DNA of 28,019 nt from a virus (lineage: Duplodnaviria; Caudoviricetes), in the IMG/VR virus record IMGVR_UViG_3300014168_000014, positions 1 to 28,019 of that record; one strand, given 5' to 3'. Position numbers and translations under genes: made by a program. The notes under the pieces were generated by a model, which worked only from the letters and a program-made list of their open reading frames with translations, had not been told where the DNA came from and made no database searches. Positions 9,501-16,757 of this stretch are shown piece after piece (position 1 is the first letter of the stretch; each line of letters starts with the position of its first letter).

Positions 9501-10254
9501 TGTCGATTTTTGCATGCAACTGGGTAAAAAAGGCTATCGGCATATCGTCGATTGCTCGGTTGAACTACTGCATCTGGAAGGCTCGACCCGCTCGACCAGC
9601 GGTCCGACAAAAGAGTGGCTGGACCAGCTGCGTGATGACAATAATCTCGCGGCGAAGCGCTGGGCTGCGCCGGATCCGTACTGGAACCCCAATTTCGCAC
9701 TTGGTGTGACGAATAACGGCATGAATATCGCCGGAGCGAATTGTGAGATCCTGGCATGGGATGAGACGACACCACCGGCTGACGCGGAACGTGTGCTCTA
9801 TGTCAATCCGGTCAGTTCGGATCCCAATATCGTGGTGGAGCGCAAGCATAGTGCAATCATCATGACTGCGGAGCTGAGCAATCTTATCCTGACCCTGACA
9901 GCGCCCAAGGCTGAAAACGTCGGTATGTGGAACTTGCGTTTCCCGGTTCAGGTCGGTGAAGATCTGCGCAAACTCGGCATTAAGCGTATCGTGCTGCGGT
10001 CTCTGGTCGGGCCGAACGGCTCGACGCCACCGGTTGAAACTCTGCGAGCGCTTAGCCGGCTGGGCGTACCGGTAACGGCTCTTCCGTCTGAAGATCTTTT
10101 CCTAGCACCTTGGGATACAGGTGCGGATGAAGCAGCGCTTTATCCGGCGGTTGAACAGATCTTCGGGCTGGTTGATCTGGAAGCATGGCATAAAGCCTAT
10201 GACCGTTTATTCAATGAAGCTGATTCTCGTTCCTCGGCGGAGGCTGCCGAATAA
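6556..10254 (+). CDS. Multidomain glycosyltransferase (N-terminal GT-B domain, degenerate GT-A domains, intact GT2 domain)
   Basis: GT-B: GCGWHRIQVP, YEIDD, IGWAGSLSHEGD, PLEDNEFNRCKSNLRLLDAG. GT2: VYADHE..PWFKPDF, VSVIIPTK, FNWSGVNN, FMNDD, SAVTGACMLV, GGFDE, YNDVDFC, DPYWNPN. Confidence 0.9.
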   Translation: MASLSERPPFILAFLADSQGCGWHRIQVPMGSLLNVGLAEGRIDMRPWPVEQIVAANPDVIVWQRQVEEGMFDLMASYRKALPNVFMIYEIDDFFAGLPPKSFWSGFIPSNVEERIMRGIALCDAVTTTTERLAAWLRERGAKDVRVAPNVVPMSRMRRREQPKPGTKLRIGWAGSLSHEGDIELLDKAMADIGEAVEWVFMGIQPKNPPVRVEFHEGVPVNTYMDEMEKLNLDLLLGPLEDNEFNRCKSNLRLLDAGALNVPVIAQRIIPYTEGDPPVFAYCETPEDWSREISRFIAAPPKERQMSADALQRWVSRYFTVEANMHKRLAAWSPNSTDDNRFRPRATQTTITDTVIVSAEKREFPGMPSVLRKAPIYSTLEEGARAAMAKGANLLWLRPGTDFDVDTWRALTGIMAENGEPDGKTAPVAAAMPLSPDGPNAFPRLAAFTPTQARTGIATAKALRAVVPGKRLNVLLLGGPCVFIGKHALAHFGVPDVIDNGDNEEVAILEWGFRAATKGWRIMQAADAYAWTMAAPIPATQEQVQRLQARGYAPLLQVQTDSLSPEERRDIELQLLRFEWEGPRPGLAGFAGDYAAWSLLRDSALPSHELRCDIKVQTYGKPFPDAEWVVPAGAILRPGALARFSEVCAKAGPEVMVVYADHETMGLDGKPNPWFKPDFDATLYLAYDYVTPVCAVRTSLIPGGKTELDHDLLPIIIVHEQNGYDSRKNFIHIPEILGATVDDAPELMAVKTMIRHDIVQKGFGQTAEVTVNRRAPGALTVTPRLVEDDWRPVVSVIIPTKGDGWLLEPCLNTLLGNTAYPKFEVLLVMTGEGEPQLGAAVGNTRLRIIYDREKPFNWSGVNNRAVKEAAGEILCFMNDDTRVPSVDWLDKLVAHVVKPGIGAVGPKMLFPQGMVQHIGVIVHKGICVHLHKGMPVNLTGYRDIGVLTHEASAVTGACMLVSREHYDEVGGFDENLRLNYNDVDFCMQLGKKGYRHIVDCSVELLHLEGSTRSTSGPTKEWLDQLRDDNNLAAKRWAAPDPYWNPNFALGVTNNGMNIAGANCEILAWDETTPPADAERVLYVNPVSSDPNIVVERKHSAIIMTAELSNLILTLTAPKAENVGMWNLRFPVQVGEDLRKLGIKRIVLRSLVGPNGSTPPVETLRALSRLGVPVTALPSEDLFLAPWDTGADEAALYPAVEQIFGLVDLEAWHKAYDRLFNEADSRSSAEAAE

Positions 10255-10691
10255 TGTTCGCAACGGGTGCTCATACTGCTGTCGCTTATGACCGCGGCGT
10301 GATTACCGCAGCGGAAAGCCCGGATCCCGTGATCCGGGACATGGTGCTCACCTATCTGGAAACGGGGGCGACAAATCGGAACCTCCGGGCCCAGTTCGTG
10401 CAGGAGAAAATAGAGCCGGTAACAGGGCCAAAGAGCACGTGGGGCGCGGCGCACCGCTCCCACGAAACACGGCAGCCGTTTCTGGCGGCCGTGGCGCTTT
10501 TGCTCTCCGGCGCTGTGACGCCGGTTAAGACGGCTGTGCTTTTTGAGATGTTTCAGTCGCGGTTTCCTGATATGACCACATCGGATGATATCGCAGTGTT
10601 TAAGCGCCGGCTGCGGGACCAGAACCAGATTATGCATGCCAGCGGCGGCTATATTCTCGCCACACCTTACACTTCGGAGGGCGCCATATGA
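10254..10691 (+). CDS. Hypothetical protein, possible C-terminal winged helix-turn-helix
   Basis: TAATG coupling to the GT gene. The C-terminal pattern FLAAVALLL..PVKTAVLFEMF..VFKRRL..GGYIL resembles a wHTH (inference). Confidence 0.6.
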   Translation: MFATGAHTAVAYDRGVITAAESPDPVIRDMVLTYLETGATNRNLRAQFVQEKIEPVTGPKSTWGAAHRSHETRQPFLAAVALLLSGAVTPVKTAVLFEMFQSRFPDMTTSDDIAVFKRRLRDQNQIMHASGGYILATPYTSEGAI

Positions 10692-11203
10692 ACGCGGTCT
10701 CGAAACGACGTAAAGAGGAATTCGCCTGTGACGCTCCGGTCAGCCGGGCCGTAAACCGTGAACTACTTACCTGCGCGCTAAACCATTACGCAGTTACGGA
10801 CGATTGCATGTGCATGTTTTGTTCCGAATGGAAGCAACGCATAAGCGAGACTCAACGGACAGCTAAACTGACGGCCGGGCATAGTTTTGACTGCATGTGC
10901 CTGTATTGCCGGGTATCTCGCAAGATCCGAATCGGTTTCCTGGCCGCGCAGAATCGGCGTGATTTCCTGAGTGAGATGTCATTTCACGCCTTCTTTCGGT
11001 CTAATCGGCCGGATCTGGTCATGCGCTGGGCGCTTATAAAACTGGATGACCCGCGCATGACGTCGAATTGGTGCGCCATAGAGTTGCCCCGGCTGCCGAT
11101 GCAATACTGGCTATCCCGGTGTGAGCGGTCATTAGCGCCGCAGGTTTATGGTGGGGTCTTCCGGCAAGAGGATTGGCTACGGGGCCGGACGCTTCCGATC
11201 TAA
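10688..11203 (+). CDS. Hypothetical Cys/His-rich (probably Zn-binding) protein
   Basis: GGAGG RBS and ATGA overlap. Two H..DCMCxxC motifs. Confidence 0.7.
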   Translation: MNAVSKRRKEEFACDAPVSRAVNRELLTCALNHYAVTDDCMCMFCSEWKQRISETQRTAKLTAGHSFDCMCLYCRVSRKIRIGFLAAQNRRDFLSEMSFHAFFRSNRPDLVMRWALIKLDDPRMTSNWCAIELPRLPMQYWLSRCERSLAPQVYGGVFRQEDWLRGRTLPI

Positions 11204-11295
11204 CCATACTGATTTAAAATAGCGCAGTTTTCGAAAGACTTTATAGCGGGCCCAAACAACTGGCGCCGGTGGACGAGAGTTGGAAAGAAAAGACT

Positions 11296-12609
11296 ATGGA
11301 TTCACTAGACAAAGCAATCGTGGCAGAACTTCCCGTTCTGATCAAAGCTTTGCCGATGGGTACGGATGGACGCCGGCTGGTTGAAGTCGAAGCGAGCTGT
11401 GAGGATGTCGATTACGATGGTGATGTGATCCTGCAGTCGGCGTTGCTAGGCTCAGCAGAGCATTTCAAGGCGATTGGCACGCTCGACATCGATCATTTAT
11501 CCGAGATCGGGCACCGCCTGAATCCACCTATCCAGGATCCCTCGTCTTATATTGTTGGACGGCCGGTGGATGTAAAAAAGCTACCCGGTAACCGCACATC
11601 CGTAGTCGGTGAGATCCGTAAATCCAGGGATGGAACAGTCAATCCAGCGGTAAACCGCTATGATGAGTTATGGCTATCGTTTCAGTCCGAGCCGCCGGTT
11701 CAGTGGTATTCATCCGTTTTCGGTTATCTTCGCAGTTTTGATGACTGCAGCACAGGTGCTTGCGGTATCAGCGGTGCAAAACGCTATCTCGTCAAAGAGT
11801 TCGAGTGGAAAAGTCTGGCTTTTACCCGGAGACCTAAAAATACAGGTCTGAAGGGTGAGGCCAGAATTATAAGCGCCAAATCGTTCATGGGTGATTATGC
11901 CCTGGAGAAAGGCATGACGGTTAGCGATGAGCCGGAGGTCTCGACCACCCGTTGCCGCGCCGCCGGCATTCTGATTCTGACCGGCGAGCCCGGCGCGCAG
12001 CGCATATTGATGCTAAAGCGCAGCAGCCAGGGGGATCATCCTGGTGAGTGGGCCTTTCCCGGCGGCAAGATCGAAGCAGGCGAAACGCCACAGCAGGCCG
12101 CGGTTCGTGAAACCCAGGAAGAGACGGGTTATCCTGTCATGGGCCCGCTTAACGATCTTACGCAAAGAATCGCAAACGGCGTTGATTTTACAACATATCT
12201 GTATCACTGCACAGAGATGTTCAAGCCTATACTCGACGATGAACATAGTGACTGGATGTGGGCATCGGTCGAAGATCCACCATGGCCGATGCACCCCGGC
12301 TGCGTCTCAACCCTTAACAAACTGAGGGAAATGATGGCCAAGAGCACAATAGTGAAAGACATGATTGGATCAGATCCCTTCGCCGGGGCCACATCGATGC
12401 AGGATCTGGCCGGGATGGGTAAATGTGCTGGATGTGGCGTTGACCAGTATCCGTCCCTGCTCGGCTACCGGCAGCATTTTCAGAAATGTCTGAGCCTGCC
12501 GCCGGGGCAGTCGGATATTTACTCATATGCTCTGATGCATCGCCACAATATGGATAAAAGCTTCGTTAGCGGTGCCGGCCGGGATGGAAATGTGAGTCCG
12601 GCAATTTAA
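11296..12609 (+). CDS. Prohead protease fused to a NUDIX hydrolase domain and a C-terminal Cys/His domain
   Basis: N-terminal VEVEASCEDVDYDGDVI..LDIDH..IVGRP..YSSVFG..LAFTRRPKN fits an HK97/herpes-fold prohead protease. Canonical NUDIX box GKIEAGETPQQAAVRETQEETGY at 12064-12132. Positioned before scaffold and capsid. Start could be GTG 11269. Confidence 0.82.
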   Translation: MDSLDKAIVAELPVLIKALPMGTDGRRLVEVEASCEDVDYDGDVILQSALLGSAEHFKAIGTLDIDHLSEIGHRLNPPIQDPSSYIVGRPVDVKKLPGNRTSVVGEIRKSRDGTVNPAVNRYDELWLSFQSEPPVQWYSSVFGYLRSFDDCSTGACGISGAKRYLVKEFEWKSLAFTRRPKNTGLKGEARIISAKSFMGDYALEKGMTVSDEPEVSTTRCRAAGILILTGEPGAQRILMLKRSSQGDHPGEWAFPGGKIEAGETPQQAAVRETQEETGYPVMGPLNDLTQRIANGVDFTTYLYHCTEMFKPILDDEHSDWMWASVEDPPWPMHPGCVSTLNKLREMMAKSTIVKDMIGSDPFAGATSMQDLAGMGKCAGCGVDQYPSLLGYRQHFQKCLSLPPGQSDIYSYALMHRHNMDKSFVSGAGRDGNVSPAI

Positions 12610-12636
12610 TGTCGTTTTCGATGTTGGAGATCAACC

Positions 12637-14343
12637 ATGTCTTGTCATAGCAGTAGTCCCTGTGATTGCGACGCTTGTGCCAAGGCTCAAGTACCAGGAG
12701 GTAATATGTCGACCAAAACTGCTACCATCGCCGCGACGCCGGACGTCAAGGAAGTTGGTCTTTTGACCAAGTATCTGTCTCGTGCGTTCAGTGTGTTATC
12801 GCCTATTGAACGGCAGGAAATGCTGAGCGATGCGGCGATTTTATCCGCAGGTGCGCTCGGCAAAGCCGAAGACCTGATGGGCCGCCGCGCCGATGCCGGT
12901 GCCGCCACGGTCGAAGACCAGTGGGATGGCCCGCCGGACGATCATCTGCCGGTTCGCCACGTCGGCGGTCCCGGCACGAAGCATCCCGGTGGCGGTGAAT
13001 TGGTCGGCAGTACGGAAGCAGCTTCCGGCCGCGGTGCCCAGGAAATGGAGCGCACTTATTCACGCCCGGCACAGCAGGGTGGTGTTCAGACCGCGACCGA
13101 GCGTCTTGGCCGTGATCTGATGAAAGCCATGAGCCTGATCCTTGAAGCCGTGAAGGCGCAAAATCAGCAGATCGCACTGCTGTCCGTCGCCAAGGCCGGG
13201 GAGGAGGAAGAGGAAGAAGAGGAGGAAGAGGGCGAGAAGGCTCTTCGCGCTCAGATTGCTTCCGCCAAATCGCCGGCCGTGAAGGCTGCGCTCACCAAAG
13301 CCCTACAGCTGATGAAGGGTGAGGATGGCGAGGAAGAAGAGGAAGAAGAGGAGGAGGAGGGTGAAAAAGCCCTTCGCGCTCAGATCGCCAAGGCCAAAAC
13401 TCCTGTTGCGCGCAAGTCACTTCAGAAGGCGCTGAAGGCGCTGAAAGCTGCCCGTTTGGCGAAAGCCGAAGGTGGCGAAGAGGAGGAAGAAGAGGAGGAA
13501 GAGGCCGAAAAGGCACTTCGTGCTCAACTTGCCGGCGCCACCACTTCGGCTCAACGCAACACGATCCGCAAGGCCATCGCACTCCTGAAGGGTGAGGAAA
13601 TCACCATGGAGGAGGAAGAGGAAGAAGAGGGCGAGGAGAAGGCTGTTCGTACGCTTCGCAATCGCGCTCGCGAGCATCTGGCCAAGGCTGAAAGCCTGTT
13701 GGCAAGCATGGTCGAAGCCAAGACCGCGCGCAAGGCCGTTACGGCAAGCCGTCTCGCCGCCGAAGCTCGTAGCGAGCTGGGCAAGGCCATGGACCTTACG
13801 GACATGGCTCTTGAGATGAACCCGAACAGCAAGATCAACACACCGATGCTGATCAAGGCGATTAAGCGCGCAGCTGAAAATCTGCCGACGGATCAGGCCA
13901 TGAACCAGGACAAATGGCCGGTGTCGAAAGGCACTGAGACCGGCGGTGGCGCCGGCGGAAGCCAAGGCCAGGATCTGGCCAAAGCTGCTGCCGCGATCCA
14001 GGAAGCGGTCAGTGGGTTCGGCATGCTCCAGGCCAACATGAAGCAGGTCATGGAAGCTGCCGGGGGCGTGAGCAAGTCAGCCAACGGTCTGCCGCCGGTA
14101 TTCGAGCTGGTCAAATCCAACCCGGAAGGTGAGACAAGCTCGCGTTTCGCCAAAATCGACGCCTTCATTGATAGTGGCGTCCTGTCTGAAACGGACGGTG
14201 ACCGTGCCCGTGATGCGCTGATGCGTATGAAGGCTGCGGCGGAAGGCAAGCTCGACTCCACCATTGCGATGTCGGCGTTGGAAAAGACGGTAAACCGTCT
14301 GCCCAGCATCGTGCAGCGCGACGTCTTTGGCCAAGCGGCCTAA
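12637..14343 (+). CDS. Putative capsid scaffolding protein with poly-Glu repeats
   Basis: Lies between protease and capsid genes. Helical, Ala/Lys/Glu-rich, with many xKA motifs. Alternative in-frame start at 12706 with AGGAGG RBS. Confidence 0.75.
   Translation: MSCHSSSPCDCDACAKAQVPGGNMSTKTATIAATPDVKEVGLLTKYLSRAFSVLSPIERQEMLSDAAILSAGALGKAEDLMGRRADAGAATVEDQWDGPPDDHLPVRHVGGPGTKHPGGGELVGSTEAASGRGAQEMERTYSRPAQQGGVQTATERLGRDLMKAMSLILEAVKAQNQQIALLSVAKAGEEEEEEEEEEGEKALRAQIASAKSPAVKAALTKALQLMKGEDGEEEEEEEEEEGEKALRAQIAKAKTPVARKSLQKALKALKAARLAKAEGGEEEEEEEEEAEKALRAQLAGATTSAQRNTIRKAIALLKGEEITMEEEEEEEGEEKAVRTLRNRAREHLAKAESLLASMVEAKTARKAVTASRLAAEARSELGKAMDLTDMALEMNPNSKINTPMLIKAIKRAAENLPTDQAMNQDKWPVSKGTETGGGAGGSQGQDLAKAAAAIQEAVSGFGMLQANMKQVMEAAGGVSKSANGLPPVFELVKSNPEGETSSRFAKIDAFIDSGVLSETDGDRARDALMRMKAAAEGKLDSTIAMSALEKTVNRLPSIVQRDVFGQAA
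13192..13650 (+). repeat. Four coding repeats K[AG]..E(7-10)..EKA[LV]R + helix
   Basis: Glu runs begin near 13201, 13330, 13477 and 13609, each followed by GEKALRAQI, AEKALRAQL or GEEKAVR. Confidence 0.9.
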
Positions 14344-14368
14344 TCGCGAAGGGATAAGGAAAACACCC

Positions 14369-16270
14369 ATGACGCATATTTTTACCCCTACCGATTCGGC
14401 CCGTAGCGCCAAAGTCGATATTGGCCCTACCAAGATCCGGCCGGATGGTGCGTTCCACGATCAGAACGTATATCACGAGAACGCGCACGCACGCCGGCAC
14501 CAGAATGCCAAGGCGCTGTCGCAGATCGAGGAAGCACTGCCGCGCACCGGCGAGCTGGCTCAGTTCCGCAATTTCGTGCTTGGCATGTGCGCCGGCGAAG
14601 GCCGCAGCCAGGATTTCGAAAAAGCGGCTGGCATGCTTGATGAACGCATGGCCGTGCCGAACGCGATTGCCAAGAAGTTCCGCGAAAATCCACGGCATTA
14701 TCAGACCGTGGCACCGGGCATCGGCAAGCCGCGTGAACTGCCGACCGGGCGCGAGTTGTATAAGAGCAACGAGTTGTCCAAAGCGGTTCTGGACGTCGGC
14801 ACGCAGACCAACTTCACGTCAATCACCGGCGGTCAGTCGCTTGGTTACGTGTCGCTCGATACCCGCATGGCTCGCGGCACGGTGCGTCCGGACAGCTTCT
14901 CGCTGTATCAGGCACTCTCAAAATCGGCGGCCTATCAGGTCGTCGACTACTGGTCATATGTCGATGATCCGGGCGGACCGATCCCCGGTGCGGCGTATGC
15001 CTCCTATACCTCTGTGCAGAGCGGTTCCGCCACGACCAATGCCGGTGTTTACGATCTGCAGAGCATCGATCTCCGTCTCGCCCTGAACGGCCGTGCCGTT
15101 ACCATGGCGTTGATGGCACAGAACAACTTCGTCGACGTCGTCGAGAACGAAAACGCCAATGCGGCGCTGTCGGTTCTGGAGTCCGTGAACTGGGCCAGCT
15201 ATTACGGTAATTCGACGCTTTATCCGTCGCAGCAGACCGGCCTGTTCCAGTCCACCCCGACGTCGAACCTGTTCGACTTCGGTGCCTTCTATGTCGCCAA
15301 TGCGGCATTGAACGGCTGGAGCCAAGCCCAGACCCTCTACAATATGATCTATGAAGTTGCTGCGCAGGTTACCTCATGGGGCAAGTATGGTCGCACAACC
15401 CACGCCTTCATGACACCGGTTACCGCGGCATCGATCCAAGGTCTGGTCACCACGGTTCTGAACAATGTCGTGAATAACCTGACACCCGAGCAGACCCGTA
15501 TGCCGGGCATCGTCGTCGACGGTGACCTGCAGGGTATGCGGACACGCATGGGCCTGATCCAGTTTGTTCTGGATCTCTTCATCTCCGCCCGTGATACCAC
15601 CGCGCAGTCGCTGACCAAGGCCGACGGCACCACCTATGCCACAACCACCAACCCGACTCCGGCAACGGGTGTTGTGGTGGCGGTCTCGGGCGCGGCGGCA
15701 ACCGGTTCCAACTGGGGTGCGATGAGCAACCAGTTCCTGGCTTCCGGCGCAACCTGGGCATCAGCCCGCTATGCTTATGCTGTGGCGAGCACCGACGCGC
15801 AGTCCAACGAGTCGAACCTGACGTGGTCGACCGTGGTTTCCGGCATCACCGCGACGGGCGCCTATGTGCTCACCATCGCGCCACCAGCGGACACCACTGC
15901 GGTCAATTTCCGTGTCTACCGCACCGGCAATGGCGGCTTTGGCGGTACCGCCAACTCACCGACTGCCGTACGTTATATCGGCACGGTTGCCGCGAGCGGA
16001 TCGAGCAACGTCACCTATGCCGACTTGAACACCTACTACCCGGGTGGCGAGAAGCTGTTCCTCCTGGATCTGCGCGAAGAGGATTTCGCGGTCGATTACC
16101 GCTTCCTCCTACCGCTGACCCGCGTTGAACTCTTCGCCCAGAACGCCTTCATGCCTTGGCTGGTCGCAACCATCGGTGCGGTGCGTAACCGTATTCCGAA
16201 GTTCAACGCAGTCATTTACAACTATATCCCAGACTCACCCGTCTGGAATCCGTTCACCCCGAACCAGTAA
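14369..16270 (+). CDS. Major capsid protein with long N-terminal propeptide and Ser/Thr-rich beta-sandwich insertion
   Basis: AAGGA RBS, strongly biased codons, followed by a terminator. GGQSLGYVSLD, NWASYYGNS and YAYAVAS..FRVYRT..YADLNTYYPG..LLPLTRVEL resemble SPO1/Twort-type capsids. Confidence 0.88.
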   Translation: MTHIFTPTDSARSAKVDIGPTKIRPDGAFHDQNVYHENAHARRHQNAKALSQIEEALPRTGELAQFRNFVLGMCAGEGRSQDFEKAAGMLDERMAVPNAIAKKFRENPRHYQTVAPGIGKPRELPTGRELYKSNELSKAVLDVGTQTNFTSITGGQSLGYVSLDTRMARGTVRPDSFSLYQALSKSAAYQVVDYWSYVDDPGGPIPGAAYASYTSVQSGSATTNAGVYDLQSIDLRLALNGRAVTMALMAQNNFVDVVENENANAALSVLESVNWASYYGNSTLYPSQQTGLFQSTPTSNLFDFGAFYVANAALNGWSQAQTLYNMIYEVAAQVTSWGKYGRTTHAFMTPVTAASIQGLVTTVLNNVVNNLTPEQTRMPGIVVDGDLQGMRTRMGLIQFVLDLFISARDTTAQSLTKADGTTYATTTNPTPATGVVVAVSGAAATGSNWGAMSNQFLASGATWASARYAYAVASTDAQSNESNLTWSTVVSGITATGAYVLTIAPPADTTAVNFRVYRTGNGGFGGTANSPTAVRYIGTVAASGSSNVTYADLNTYYPGGEKLFLLDLREEDFAVDYRFLLPLTRVELFAQNAFMPWLVATIGAVRNRIPKFNAVIYNYIPDSPVWNPFTPNQ

Positions 16271-16291
16271 TACTGGTCGAACTGAGCAAAG

Positions 16292-16325
16292 AAGCCCCCA
16301 GGACACGTCCTGGGGGTTTTTGTTT
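16292..16325 (+). terminator. Rho-independent terminator after the capsid gene
   Basis: AAGCCCCCAGGA-CACG-TCCTGGGGGTTT hairpin followed by TTGTTT. Confidence 0.88.
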
Positions 16326-16377
16326 GGGGTATTCACTCTGGCCTTTTTCCTAACGCTAGTGCTAGGATCGAGCTGTC

Positions 16378-16752
16378 ATGCAGATAACCGCACGCATCAA
16401 AAGAGCATCCGCCATATGGCGGCTATGGCAAGGGAATCGGCGCACCGGCGGCATGGTCGCAGGGGTGCAGTTTACCTCGGCACCCGGCGACAATTACATA
16501 GCTGAGAATCTGGCCCCGGCACAGGCGAAAGCCCTGGAAAACCATAGCGACGTGGTCCTGGAGATGTTCACTACTCCTCATCCGGCACCCGTCAGCAACA
16601 CGATTTTGGCGGAGCCGCTGCCATCGCCGGTCAGCAACACAATAGTCTTCGATCTCCCCGAACCGGTCTCTCTTGGCGATATAACACCGGAGCCGGATAT
16701 CGCGCCTCCACCCGCGCGCCACCGGCATCAACAGTCTCGCCGTAAAGGTTAA
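16378..16752 (+). CDS. Hypothetical protein with Pro-rich tail (PxPVSNTI twice)
   Basis: Fills the gap between terminator and neck gene. Internal duplicated motif PAPVSNTIL/PSPVSNTIV. Start uncertain. Confidence 0.6.
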   Translation: MQITARIKRASAIWRLWQGNRRTGGMVAGVQFTSAPGDNYIAENLAPAQAKALENHSDVVLEMFTTPHPAPVSNTILAEPLPSPVSNTIVFDLPEPVSLGDITPEPDIAPPPARHRHQQSRRKG

Positions 16753-16757
16753 GCCGC

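Noticed and set aside
13192-13650. CRISPR-like or DGR-like repeat
   Set aside because: The repeats are degenerate, in-frame protein repeats. No fixed repeat-spacer period, cas genes or reverse transcriptase were seen in the window.
16263-16277. Inverted repeat ACCAGTA-A-TACTGGT over the capsid stop codon
   Set aside because: It could be an operator or readthrough signal, but I found no second copy and the terminator follows immediately, so there is no support.
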